This document shows positions 35,295-45,787 of a DNA stretch of 64,000 bases, piece after piece. Below the pieces are notes generated by a model. It had not been told where the DNA came from and made no database searches. It saw only the letters and a program-made list of their open reading frames with translations. Within the stretch, counting starts at the first letter, position 1; each line of letters begins with the position of its first letter. This DNA comes from Squalus acanthias (lineage: Eukaryota). The stretch lies in contig JASTWF010000048.1 of NCBI GenBank assembly GCA_030390025.1, positions 1,860,001 through 1,924,000 on the forward strand, in the 5' to 3' direction. The translations under genes and the position numbers were made by a program.

Positions 35295-37645
35295 ATCGTG
35301 GGGCAGTACTGAGGGTGTTCTCCAATGTCGGAGGGACTGACCTGGGGGAGCACTGCTGTATCGGAGGGGCAGTACTGAGGGATGGCTGCACTCTCGAAGA
35401 GGCAGTATTGAGGGTGCGCTGTACTGTCGGAGGGGCAGTACTGAGGGTGCGCTGCACTGTCGGAGGGGAAGTACTGAGTGATCGCTGCACTGAGTGAGGG
35501 GCAGTACTGAGGGGTCCGCTGCACTGTCGGAGGGGCAGTACTTAGGAGCGCCGCACTGTCGAAAGGGCACTGCTGAGGGAGCGCTGCACTTTCGGGGAGC
35601 CAGTACTGAGGGAGTGCTGCATTGTCGGAAGAGCTGCACTGAGGGAGCGCTGCACCGTCGGAGGGGCTGCAATAAGGGGGCGCTGCAATGTTGGAGGGGC
35701 AGTACTGAAGGAGCGTTGCACTATTGGAGGGGCAGTACTGGGGGTCCGCTGCACTGTCGGAGGAGTAGTACTGAGGGAGCGCCGCACTGTCGGAGAGGCA
35801 GTACTGAGGGAGCGCTGTAATGTACGAGAGGCAGTCTTGAGGGAGCGCTGCACTGTCGGAGGGGCGTTACTGAGGGAGCGCTGCAGCGATGGAGGGGCAG
35901 CTCTGAGGGGCCGTTGCAATATCGGAGGGGCAGTACTTAGGAGCGCCGCGCTGTCTGAGGGGCAGTAATGAGGGAGTGCTGCAATGTGGCAGGGGCAATA
36001 TTGAGGGAGCCCTGCATTGTCGGAGGGGCATTACTGAGGGAACTCCACAGTTGGATAGGCAGTACTGAGGGAGATCTGCACTATCGGAGGTGCAGTACCG
36101 GGGGCACGCTCCACTGTCCGAGACGCAGTACTGAGGGAGCGCTGCACTGTGTGGAAGGCAGTACTTCGGGAGTGCCACACTGTGGGAGGGGCAGTATTGC
36201 GGGAATGTCGCACCGTGGAAGGGGCAAAACTGAAAGATTGCTGCACTGTAGGAGGGGAGTGTACTGAGTGCGTGCTGCACTGTGGGATGGTCGGTACTGA
36301 GGGTGCGCTACACTGTCGGAAGGGCAGTACTGAGGCGGCGCTGCAATGTGGGAGGTGCAGTATTGAGGGAGTGCGGCACTGTTGGAGAGGCGGTACTGAG
36401 GGATCGCTGCACCATCGGAGGGGCGATACTGGAGGGGCGCTGCACTGTCGGTGGGGCAGTACTGAGGAGCAGCGTGCTGTCGGGGGGGCAGTAATGAGGG
36501 AGCGCTCCAATGTGGAAGCGGCAGCTCTGATGGATCGCTGGACTGTCAGAGGGGCAGTACTTTGGGAGCGCTGCAGTGTCGGAGGGGCACTATTGGGGGA
36601 TTGCTGCACTCTTGGATGGTCAATACTGAAAGTGCGCTGCACTGTCGGAAGGGCAGTACTGAGGGAGTGCTGCACTGTAGGAGGTCATTACTGAGGGAGT
36701 GCTGCACTGTAGGAGGGCAGTACTGAGGGATGGCTGCAATTTAAAGGGGAAGGACTGAGGGAGCGCTACACTGACGGATGGACAGTACTAAGACAGCGTT
36801 CCACTGTCGGAGGGGCAGTATTGAGGGATGGCTCCACTGTCGGAGGGGCAGTACTGAAGGAACGCTGCACTGTTGGAGGGACAGTACTGTGGGTGCGCGA
36901 CACTGTCGGAGGGTCAGTACTGAGGGAGTGCTGCACCGTCGGAGGGGCATTACCGAAGTGGCACTGCACTATCGGAGGGGCAATACAGGGGGTGCGCTGC
37001 ACTGTCGGACGGGCAGTACTGAGGGAGAACTGCACTGTCTGAGGGGCAGTACTGAGGGAGCACTGCAATGTGGGAGGGGCAGAATTGAGGGAGCGCTGCA
37101 GAGTCGCTGATGCACTACTGAGGGATAGCAGCATTTTATGCAGGGCAGTACTGAGGGACCACTGCATTGTCGGAGGGGATGTACTGAGGGTGCTCTGCAC
37201 TGTCGGAGGGGCAGTATTGAGGGAGCGCTGCACTGTGGGAGGGGCAGTACTGAGCAAGTGCCGCAATGTGGGAGGGGCAGTACTAAGGGAGCGCCGCACT
37301 CTCGGAGAGGTTGTACCGAGAGAGCTCTGCGCAGTGGGAGGGGCAGTATTGCGGTAGTGCTGCACTGTGGGAGGGACTGTCTGAAGGAGTGCAGCACTTT
37401 CGGAAGGGCAGCACTGAGGGAGGACTGCCCTGTCGGCGGGGCAGTGCTGAGGGAGTGCCGCACTGTCGGAAGCGCAGTACTGAGGGAGCGCTGCACTGTC
37501 GGAAGCGCAGTACTGAGGGAGCGCTGCACTGTCGGAGGCGCAGTACTGAGGGAGCGCTGCACTGTCGGAGGGGCAGTACTGAGGGAGTGCCGCACTGTCG
37601 GAGGGGCAGTACTGAGTGAGCTCCGCACTGTAGGAGGAGCAGTCC
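35295..37645. repeat. 33-bp SINE-derived minisatellite, about 2.3 kb
   Basis: Unit gcagtactgagggagcgctgcactgtcggaggg, the reverse complement of the 22.2-kb array. Ends in ordinary SINE body sequence. Confidence 0.95.
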
Positions 37646-37838
37646 TTAGCAATGTTTATCTCTCTACCAACATCACTAAAAAAAATCAGATACTCTGGTC
37701 ATTACGGGGACTATTTGTAGGAGTTTACTATTTAGAAATTGGCTGCTGCGTTTAGCACGCCTTAGAAATGCAAATTGCTTCGCTAGATTACTGAGTTGTC
37801 TGGACGGCACCGATGAGCGCACGGTGGGAGGGTGAGAA

Positions 37839-37877
37839 GGATTTTGTATCAGTCTGCGGCAGGTTTGTGTCGCTGTG
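37839..37877 (-). other. 23-RSS of V10
   Basis: CACAGCG - 23 bp - ACAAAATCC. Confidence 0.92.
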
Positions 37878-38543
37878 CGAGACTCGCCGCACAGTAATAG
37901 TTCGCAGAGTCTGTCAGCTCGGAGCCTTCCAGGTGCAGAGTCAACTGGTTGTCTGCTGCCTCGAGTTTCACTTTGAATCGCTCCTCGAAACCGGGCCCAT
38001 AGCTGCCGAACTCATTGCACACCCATTCTATGGCGCCTCCCTTTTGCCTGTACCAGTGCAATCTGAAGCTGCGTTTGCTTGCTCCCTCCAAACTGCAGCC
38101 GAGAGTGAGGGGCTGTTGCCGTCGAATAGCGGCCGCGGCGGGAGTATAGAACGCAGTAGGAGCAGCCCGAATACCTAGATTAGATTTAAACAAAGAAAGC
38201 GGTTTAGAATCATGGAAGGAATATCTTAGCTTAAAACCGTAGAATCGTGAAGCACAGAAGTAGGCCATTCGGCCCATAATGCCCGTGCCGACACTGTGAA
38301 AGAACTATTTTGCGAGTGGCTTTTTCCCTTGCTCTTATCCCGTAGTACTTCAAATCCCCCATTCAAGTATTGATCCAATTTCCATTTTGGAACTTATTAT
38401 TGGATCTACTTTCACTTGCATAACAACGCAATTTCTTTCGTTTACTCTGCCAAAGGATATTTCAATGCATTGCACTGACAACAGAACCAATGTCCGAGCG
38501 ATAAGGCGACAAAGATTAATAACATTCGAGATGAGAAACACAT
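37878..38543 (-). CDS. TRBV: TCR V segment V10 (diverged family D), open frame
   Basis: Leader 38480-38543 (MCFSSRMLLIFVALSLGHWFC, weak GTCAGT donor). V exon 37878-38174: LGCSLEGASKRSFRLHWYRQKGGAIEWVCNEFGSY..YYCAASL. Confidence 0.78.
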
Positions 38544-39722
38544 CGCCCCTTCTCAGGAAGTGAGAGTCAGGGTTACTCAGCGACAACCTGTCGCCTGTAA
38601 AATTGCTCTCCTCAACGGAAATGCCACCGGTTGTGACGAACTGCACGTACGTATTGAGCAGCTCATCTTGTGATTGGACCGCACAAGTCAGCAGATTGAA
38701 CAAATGAGAAGCAGTTCCTTTACTAGCATTGTTTTTGCGAATACATCAAAATAGAAGGAACATTATAGCACGGAATCATAGAATGATACAGTGGCGAAGG
38801 AGAGCTGCCCAAGTAGTCCCAATAAACCTGCTCTGTCCCCATATTTCTGCATATTGTATGTTCGCTATTTCTAGCAAAATAAACCGGGTTAGGAAAACAC
38901 TCTTTCTTTCTGTGTTTCTTTCTCTCTCCTTCTTTCTCTCCTTCTTTCTCTCCTCCACTTTATTTATTTCTTTATTTCTTCCTTCCTTACCACGCTTCTT
39001 ACTTCATTTTTTTCTTTCCTTCTTTCATTCCTATTTTTCCTCCTTTCTTCCATGTAAAATTGCTTGATCTTCTGCTGATTAGAAATTAGATGCTTTGTGT
39101 TCCAGTGAGAATGGAGTACATGTGAGGCAACATTGTCATCCGGTGGTGCAGTCGCATCTGACACTTAAGAAACACATGAAAATAATCTCGCAATTAATAG
39201 GTTAAGAGGAAGTCATCCGACATTGCTAACCAACTTTCTTTAAGAAGAATACATTTTTTCACTATTTTCAGCAAATATTTGGCCTTCTGAGCTGAGAAAT
39301 GACATGAATTGTTAAGGCTCACTGTGGCTGCATTGTGTACCAGCTACAAGATGCAACTCGCTGAGGCTTCTTCGACAGCACCTCTAACATGTAGAACAAC
39401 AAGGGCCAAAGGTGCAGAGGAACACCATCGCCTCCAATTCCCCTCCAAGTCACACACTATCCTGACTTGGAAATAAATCACCGTTCCTTCATTATCGCTG
39501 GGTGAAAATCCTGGAACTTCGTCCTAAACAGCACCGTGGGAGTACCTTCACCAGACCTACTGCAGCGATTCAAGAAGGTGGCTCACCACCACCTTCTCAA
39601 GGGCAGTTAGGAATGGGCAATAAACACGGGCATTGCCAACGAAATCCACATCCCGTGAAAGAATTAAAAAAATTCGGTTCCTTTATATCGCCGCTGGCGA
39701 GAGGTGCCTTTCTTCCTCAGTG

Positions 39723-39761
39723 AGTTTTTGTCACGACGCCCTGCATTCTTAGAACACTGTG
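39723..39761 (-). other. 23-RSS of V11
   Basis: CACAGTG - 23 bp - ACAAAAACT. Confidence 0.95.
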
Positions 39762-40577
39762 CGCGCCCCTGTACTCTTTGTGCGCCACACAGTAATAAAT
39801 GCCGCTGTCTTGGGCCCGGGTATTAGTCAGGGAGACCCTGTAAGTGTTGTTTTCAGGGGCGAATTGGACGCCAATCCTATTTCTGTAGTTAGGTGAAGAA
39901 AAGACACCCAATCTGACGGAATCCAGGCGGTCCCCGATCTGCACGTACCAGTCGAGCCAATAGTTACTCATGTTGCCCGGCCCGATGCTGCAGTCGAACA
40001 CGGCTTCCTCCCCTGGAACCTGGACGGTGGCCGACGGGAACTGGACGACGAGTCTTTGGGAACGAACATCTGAAAGATTATGTAAAAAAACAGTCAGGCA
40101 GATCGATCGTAGATGTACAATAGTGGGTGGCAGGGAATATGAAAGGGACAGAGGCTGGAGCCGAAGAAAGAGAAAAGGAAAGAAACAAATTAGTTTTTCT
40201 GAAATGGCGGTGTTATCTCCTCGCTTCTATTTGCTCTACAGGTTATACGTCGGGTTTATTGAACTGATGCAAGTATAAACGCGCCAAACTCGAAAGTGGA
40301 AAGGACAAAGACAAACGAGCTCAATCTGGATCTGAAAGAGGGCATTTAAATAATTTTCGTATGATCCTCTATCAGAATAAGTATAACTTTTACTCGGATC
40401 AAAGAACAGCAAAGTATTTGAATTTGGTTAACGAAGTACAATATATCAATATATAACGTCATCAATACGAACATTAATTGTCGTTAACCCGATAGCAATG
40501 TTACGAAATGGACGAATAGGGTTTACTGTCTCATACATACAAGAATTGGACAGCAGAAATATGGAAAGCCAATACAT
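39762..40577 (-). CDS. Divergent V segment V11 (family E) with long germline CDR3
   Basis: Leader 40541-40577 (MYWLSIFLLSNS, GTATGT donor). V exon 39762-40069: VRSQRLVVQFPSATVQVPGEEAVFDCSIGPGNMSNYWLDWYVQ..DSGIYYCVAHKEYRGA. TGACATCA (rc) at ~40622-40629. Confidence 0.85.
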
Positions 40578-41354
40578 AACGAGAATTGTCTTCCGGTAAT
40601 AGTTCAGCCTCCTTTGCAAACTGATGTCAAACTACTTTCAGGTCGTTTTCAGAGGAGGATGGTCTCGATAAAGATTGTACTCGCGCCACAATGACCGTTG
40701 CGTCGACGACTGGTAAATAAATGAACTGCTTCTGCACTTGGAGCGAGCGCTGGGAACGCCCACCGCAAAACTGCGCACGCAACGCCTCCAATCATATGTT
40801 CGATGCAGTGCGCTGCCAACAGCGCACCAATGGAACCATTGATGGGAAGAGAGATGTAAACCCGGAGACCGTCCCAGGTTCCCGCCCACAGATGGAGAGA
40901 ATGGTTGAAAGAGAGAGACTGGACGAGAGAGGGACCGAGAGAGGCAGAAAGAGAAAGAGACTGACAGACTGACAAAGACGTATGGAGATTCAAAAGAAAC
41001 GAGGTGATACAGAGAATGAGAGAGACTGGACGAGAGAGAGAGTGAGAGGGTGAGATAGACAGGGGCAGAGGGCGAGCACATGAGGGAGGGAGAGAGACTC
41101 AGAAATGGAGGGAGAGAAAATGATAGCGACAGAGAGAGAATGAGACAGGGACAGACAAAGAGAGAGAGGGAGCAGAGAGAGAGCGAGAGAGAGATAGCAA
41201 GAAAGAGAGGAAATAAGCGAGTAAAAGAGTGCCAGAGAGAGATTGAGAGAGAGAGAGCAACAGAGAGACAGAGGGACAGAGAGGAAGAAAGCGATTTTGC
41301 AAAAAAAAAGAATGAATACTACGTTTATAAAAAATCGGGCAAGACTCGGTTGGA

Positions 41355-41455
41355 ATGCAATTGTGAGAAGTCGCACGACACCAGGACATCGTCCAACAGT
41401 TTTATTTGAAATCACAAGCCTTCGGAGCGCTGCTCCTTCGTCAGGTGAAGTGAAA
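41355..41455 (-). mobile_element. Penelope-type terminal-repeat fragment with a mutated hammerhead motif
   Basis: Reverse complement of 23830-23920. The core reads CTGACGA..GAAG. Confidence 0.6.
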
Positions 41456-41674
41456 TTGTTAGAGGTTAGACGGCGAGCGTCGAGTCTAATGAAACAGTTC
41501 ATAGATTCGCGCAATGTTTTCATGAAGTTAGAATCTACTGGATCAAATGGGAGTCATCCCGATATTTGTGGATCGAATGAGCGGTCGGGAGACTTCCGGT
41601 GTTCGTGGTGTCGCGGTGTCACCGTCTGACAGTTGAGACGATCGCATTGATCATGCTTTGGGTCTGACTGAGGG

Positions 41675-41713
41675 TCTTTTTGTCAAAGAGAGGCGGTGTT
41701 TTCACACGCCGTG
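41675..41713 (-). other. 23-RSS of V12 (degenerate)
   Basis: CACGGCG - 23 bp - ACAAAAAGA. Confidence 0.8.
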
Positions 41714-41995
41714 CATGACAGCGCGCAGAAGTAGGCCGCGGTGTCCGACTGAAAGGCTCCGGTTGGTTCCAGATTAAACTCGGTGTCGCTAGGTCTCTGG
41801 GCTTTAAAGGGTCCGGACGTGTAATCGGAATCGTGGTCGGTCCCGGCGGATTGGAACAGAGCCTCGAGTTCCCGGTTTGCCCCTTGTCGGTACCAGTACT
41901 AGGTGCGATAGTTAGTGTTCCTCAGGATACATCTCATTACGGCCGAATTTCCTTCGGGAACGGACACAGTAGGCGGCGACTGGTCAATGAACGAA
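41714..41995 (-). pseudogene. TCR V pseudogene V12 (family-A-related)
   Basis: SFIDQSPPTVSVPEGNSAVMRCILRNTNYRT*YWYRQGANRELEALF..DTAAYFCALS. TAG at 41899-41901. The 5' end abuts a CR1 fragment (41995-42280) and no normal acceptor is visible. Confidence 0.88.
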
Positions 41996-42654
41996 AACTG
42001 TTTCTCACTCCCTACTCTATCAAAACCCGACAGATCTTTCAACACCTCTAATAAATCTCCCGCTACTCTTCTCCCCAGTCCAAGTTTCTCCAGTCTCTCC
42101 ACATAACTCAAGATGCCCATCCCTGGTACCATTCTTGTAAACCTCTTCTGCACCCTTTGAAAGGTCTTTAAATCTTTCCTAAAGTGTGGTTCCCAAAAAT
42201 GGACACAAAACATCAGATGCAGTCTAATTAGTGATTTATAAATGATTCCCGTAACTTCCTTGCTTTTGTACTCTATGCAAGTGCGAATCTATGCTTTCGT
42301 TGCGTGTTGCAGCCGAATCTCAACAGATATTGTTATATATACATATATATATATTCCCACTTTTAGATCGGTGCATTAAAGGGACTTAGCTTGAATTAAT
42401 GCCATCGAAAAGACTAAATATGATACTTCCCCAAATATGTTCAGTTCCTTAGACAAGGGCAGTCTGGGGGCGCCAGTCTGCAAAGATAGACTCTGGGCTT
42501 TACCCCACGGCAGAGTTGGAAAAGCTTTGAAGCCGCGGGTTGCGGAATGACGTTTCAGCTTGACACATTTGGTTGCACGCTCGCCTCTGAGTCAGAAGAT
42601 CGTGGGTTGAATTCCTGCTCCAGGGACTTGTGCACAAAATTGAAGGAGACGATC

Positions 42655-43030
42655 TTTGAGGGAGCGCTGCACTATCGGAGGGGCAGTACTGAAGTAGCAC
42701 TGCACTGTCGGAGGGGCAGTATTGAGGCAGCGTTAAACTGTCGGAGGGTCAGTACTGAGGGAACGCTGCCCTGTCGGAGGGGCAGTACTGAGGGAGTGCT
42801 GCACTGTCGGTGGAGCAGTACTGAGAGTTTGCCACACTGTCGAAGCTGCAGTACTGAGGGTGTGCTGCACTGTCGGAGGAGCAGTAGTGAGAGTTTGCCA
42901 CACTGTCGGAGGGGCAGTACTGAGGGAGCGCTGAAATCTCGGAAGGGCACGAATGAGCGTTTGCAGCATTGTTGTTGGAGCAGTACTGAGGAGTGGCATT
43001 GTAGGAGGAGCAGGACTAAAGTAGTGCTGC
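42655..43030. repeat. 33-bp SINE-derived minisatellite inside a SINE
   Basis: Same unit as 35295-37645. Confidence 0.9.
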
Positions 43031-43725
43031 ACTACCGGACATGTGAACGCTCTACTGCTGGAGGTGGCGTCTTTCGGATGAGAGGTTTAACCGAGGCCCC
43101 GTCTGCCCTCTGAGGTGGACTGAAAAGTTTCCATGGGTGCTATCGGAAGAAGCGCAGCAGCGATCTCGCCGGTGCCCTGGGCCAATATTTATCGCACAAC
43201 CAATATTACTAAAACAGATTAACTGGTAATTTTTGTAATTTCTGTTTGAGGGATCTTGCTGTGCGTAATTCGGCTGTCGCTTTTGCTGCATTACAACAGT
43301 GACTACACTGTAAAAGTACTCCAATCGCTGAAACCTCTTCTGGAAGTCCCGGGGTCGTAAAAGGCGCTATATAAATACAATTATTCCTTTCTTTCTTTAT
43401 GTCCACCTCAGGGGGCAGATGGCAAAATTAGTTTTAAAGTGACACCTCCGACAGTGCAGCACTCCCTCAGTACTGGCACTGTAGTGTCAGCCTGGATTAT
43501 ATGCTGAGGCCTCCAGAGATGGGTGCGGGGTTGAAACCTTCACCGTCTGACTCGGACGTGAGAGGGCTATCACGTGAGCCAAAGCTGACACCGAGTATTG
43601 AAAGCTGAGACTTGTGCTGTATTTGAGCTCGTCCCTACAGCCAGTGGCGCTGAATGAAAAGGCAGCAAGGGCTCTGTCAGTCGGTCCGAGTGTGCAACAG
43701 CTTTTTAAATCTGTGCATGACACAA

Positions 43726-43880
43726 GTGCTGTCAGTTAGTGGTGGAATGTTAGCACTGACCTTCCATCCAGGCTGCCACCTTGTGGTGAGATGTAAACAC
43801 TGAACTTCCAATCAGTGCTGCCATCTGGTGGCGGATAGTAGGCACTGAATTGCAATCCAATGCTGCCACCTGGCGACATA
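43726..43880 (-). promoter_or_regulatory. Tandem CTCF motif array, distal part (V13 unit), 4 units
   Basis: Cores at 43726, 43771, 43815 (gtgctgccatctggtggc) and 43860, period 44-45. The first three are followed by (a/g)cactga modules. Confidence 0.7.
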
Positions 43881-43889
43881 AACTTAACG

Positions 43890-44600
43890 GTACAACGTTG
43901 ACGGGGGGCGGAACACAGAGACCTGCGGGCAGAAGTATACAAGTCTTCTAAATCCGCAGGGTCAGTTGAGAAGGTTATTAAAAAAAAAAGCGGAATCCTT
44001 GGCTTCGTAAACAAAGGCATAGAGTATTAAAGCAAGGAAGTTGGGGTTAAACTTTATAAATCACTATTTATACCCCAGCTGGAGTTTTGTGTCAAATGCT
44101 GGGCTCCCCGCTTTCGGAGGGGTATCAAGTCCTTACAGTGAGTGCACAGGAGATTTACTAGAAAAGTAGCAGGGATAAGGGACTTCACTTATGTAGAGAG
44201 ACTAGAGAAGCTGAGGTTCCTCTGCGCAGATCAGAGACGAATAAGGGGGAACTTATAGGAAGTGTTCAAAATCATGAAGGCTTTTGATAGAGTAAATAAA
44301 GAGAAACTGTTTCCAGTGGCAGAAGGGTCGATAACCAGAGGACATAAATTTAAGGACCAGATAGGGATATGATGAGTTGTTTTTTTGTAGAGCGAGCTGT
44401 TATGGTTTGGAATGCACTGCCTGAATGGGTGGTGGAAGCAGATTCAATAAGAAATTTCCAAAGGGAATTAGATACACACCTGAAACGGGCGTTCACTGGG
44501 CTATGGGGAAAGGCACGGGATTGGGCCCCTTTGAAAGCAACGGTATATGCACGTGGGGCAGAATGAACTCCTTCCGTGCTGTATCATTCTTGTAATTCTA
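43890..44600 (+). mobile_element. CR1 3' fragment inserted in the CTCF array
   Basis: Degenerate CR1 ORF2 C-terminus (ORF 44369-44566 VMVWNALPEWVVEADSI) with a ttctatg tail. Confidence 0.85.
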
Positions 44601-44601
44601 T

Positions 44602-44672
44602 GCCGTGGTGGCAGAATAGTTGCACTCAAATCAAATCTAATGCTGCCACCTGGTGGCGTACAATGTGCACTA
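44602..44672 (-). promoter_or_regulatory. RSS-proximal CTCF motif(s) of V13
   Basis: atgctgccacctggtggc at 44640-44657 plus a partial unit at 44602-44627. Confidence 0.75.
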
Positions 44673-44693
44673 CTCTCCCATTCAGCCGCTGCA

Positions 44694-44732
44694 GGTTTTT
44701 GTAGCTGGTGAGCCGCTTTCTCAAACGCTGTG
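44694..44732 (-). other. 23-RSS of V13
   Basis: CACAGCG - 23 bp - ACAAAAACC. Confidence 0.95.
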
Positions 44733-45654
44733 CGATACTACAAGCACAGTAATAGACAGCGGTGTGAGACGGAGAGGCGACGCTCAGTTCCAAAGTAAAC
44801 AGCGTACTGCTGGTTCTGTCGGCCTTAAAAGACTCGGTCGTGTACTTCGTAACATCACCTGCTAGAGCAGAATAGAAAAGAGCTTCTAATGCCCGGTCGG
44901 GTTGTTGTCTGTACCAGTACATATAGGGATAGCCAGTATTCGTCAGTGTGCATCTGATCGTCGTCGACTCTCCTGCTCCAATCGATAGGACAGAAGGCGA
45001 CTGCTCCACGTACAAGGCGAGTATTCCTGTCGAAAGCAACATCGATTAGTTTCTTATTTTTGTCAATAATTGATTTAAGCACGGACTACAGAGAAAAAGA
45101 ACTTCCATTCATAAAGCGCATTCACGACCTCAGAATTTCATAAAGCTCTTTACAGCCAATGAAGCGCTGATTAAAGTGTAGTCATTGTTGTAACGTAGGA
45201 AAGGAGACAGCCAATTTGAGCACAGTAAGCTCCCACATATTACATTGAAATAAATGACATGTACTTCTGCTTTTTTGGTGTTTGTAGTGGGATTCATGTT
45301 GGCCCAGGACACCGGCGACAGCTTCGCTGCTCTTCTTCTAATACTGCCCTGGGATCATTTACGTCCACCTGAGAGGGCAGCTCGGTTTAACTCCTTATCT
45401 GAAACATGGCCCCTCCGAAATTACAGCACTCCCTCTGTGCTGGTCTCGGGAGTGTCAGCATAGATTTTGTGCTCAAGTCTCAGGAGCAAAACTCGAACCT
45501 AAAACGTTTGATTCAGAGGCAAGGATTCTACCAGCTGAACAACAACTGACATTATAATACATCATTCTACAAAGACCTCTGTTAAAGTTTGTTACTTTGA
45601 CTTACGTGGGATCAGTGTCACCATCAACGTTAGATAATAAACTTCATGAAACAT
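44733..45654 (-). CDS. TRBV: TCR V segment V13 (family A), functional
   Basis: Leader 45606-45654 (MFHEVYYLTLMVTLIP). V exon 44733-45026 ending HTAVYYCACSI. Confidence 0.9.
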
Positions 45655-45772
45655 GATTTATTCATTCGACAATGGATCACTGTGCGAACTAGTGCAGCTG
45701 AATACAAAGTTTAAAAGCAGTTTGTCGATTGGATCTGATTAAATATGAAGCATCCGGTTGTAATTGGCACTG

Positions 45773-45787
45773 TTACGTCACTTCCGG
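45773..45787 (-). promoter_or_regulatory. V13 promoter ETS-CRE element
   Basis: rc CCGGAAGTGACGTAA. Confidence 0.7.

Noticed and set aside
35181-37755. Many long overlapping ORFs (also 22302-23039 and 42547-43113)
   Set aside because: They are artefacts of a stop-poor 33-bp minisatellite.
37768-37775. Ig octamer ATGCAAAT (also at 23161)
   Set aside because: Not upstream of any leader, and the 37768 copy lies in a SINE tail.
25921-38174. Family D as IgH V or NAR-TCR-supporting V-delta because of LEW and extra Cys
   Set aside because: They end CAAS, have their own leaders, have no promoter octamer, and sit among TRBV-like genes. The extra cysteines are in CDR2 rather than CDR1. A phylogeny is needed for full exclusion.
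40638-41081. ORFs upstream of V11 as a separate gene
   Set aside because: No recognisable domain or splice structure, and partly low-complexity sequence.
43402-43420. Plus-strand CTCF-like ccacctcagggggcag (also gagagggcgcag at ~188)
   Set aside because: Poor 5' half, and both derive from SINE or CR1 consensus sequence.
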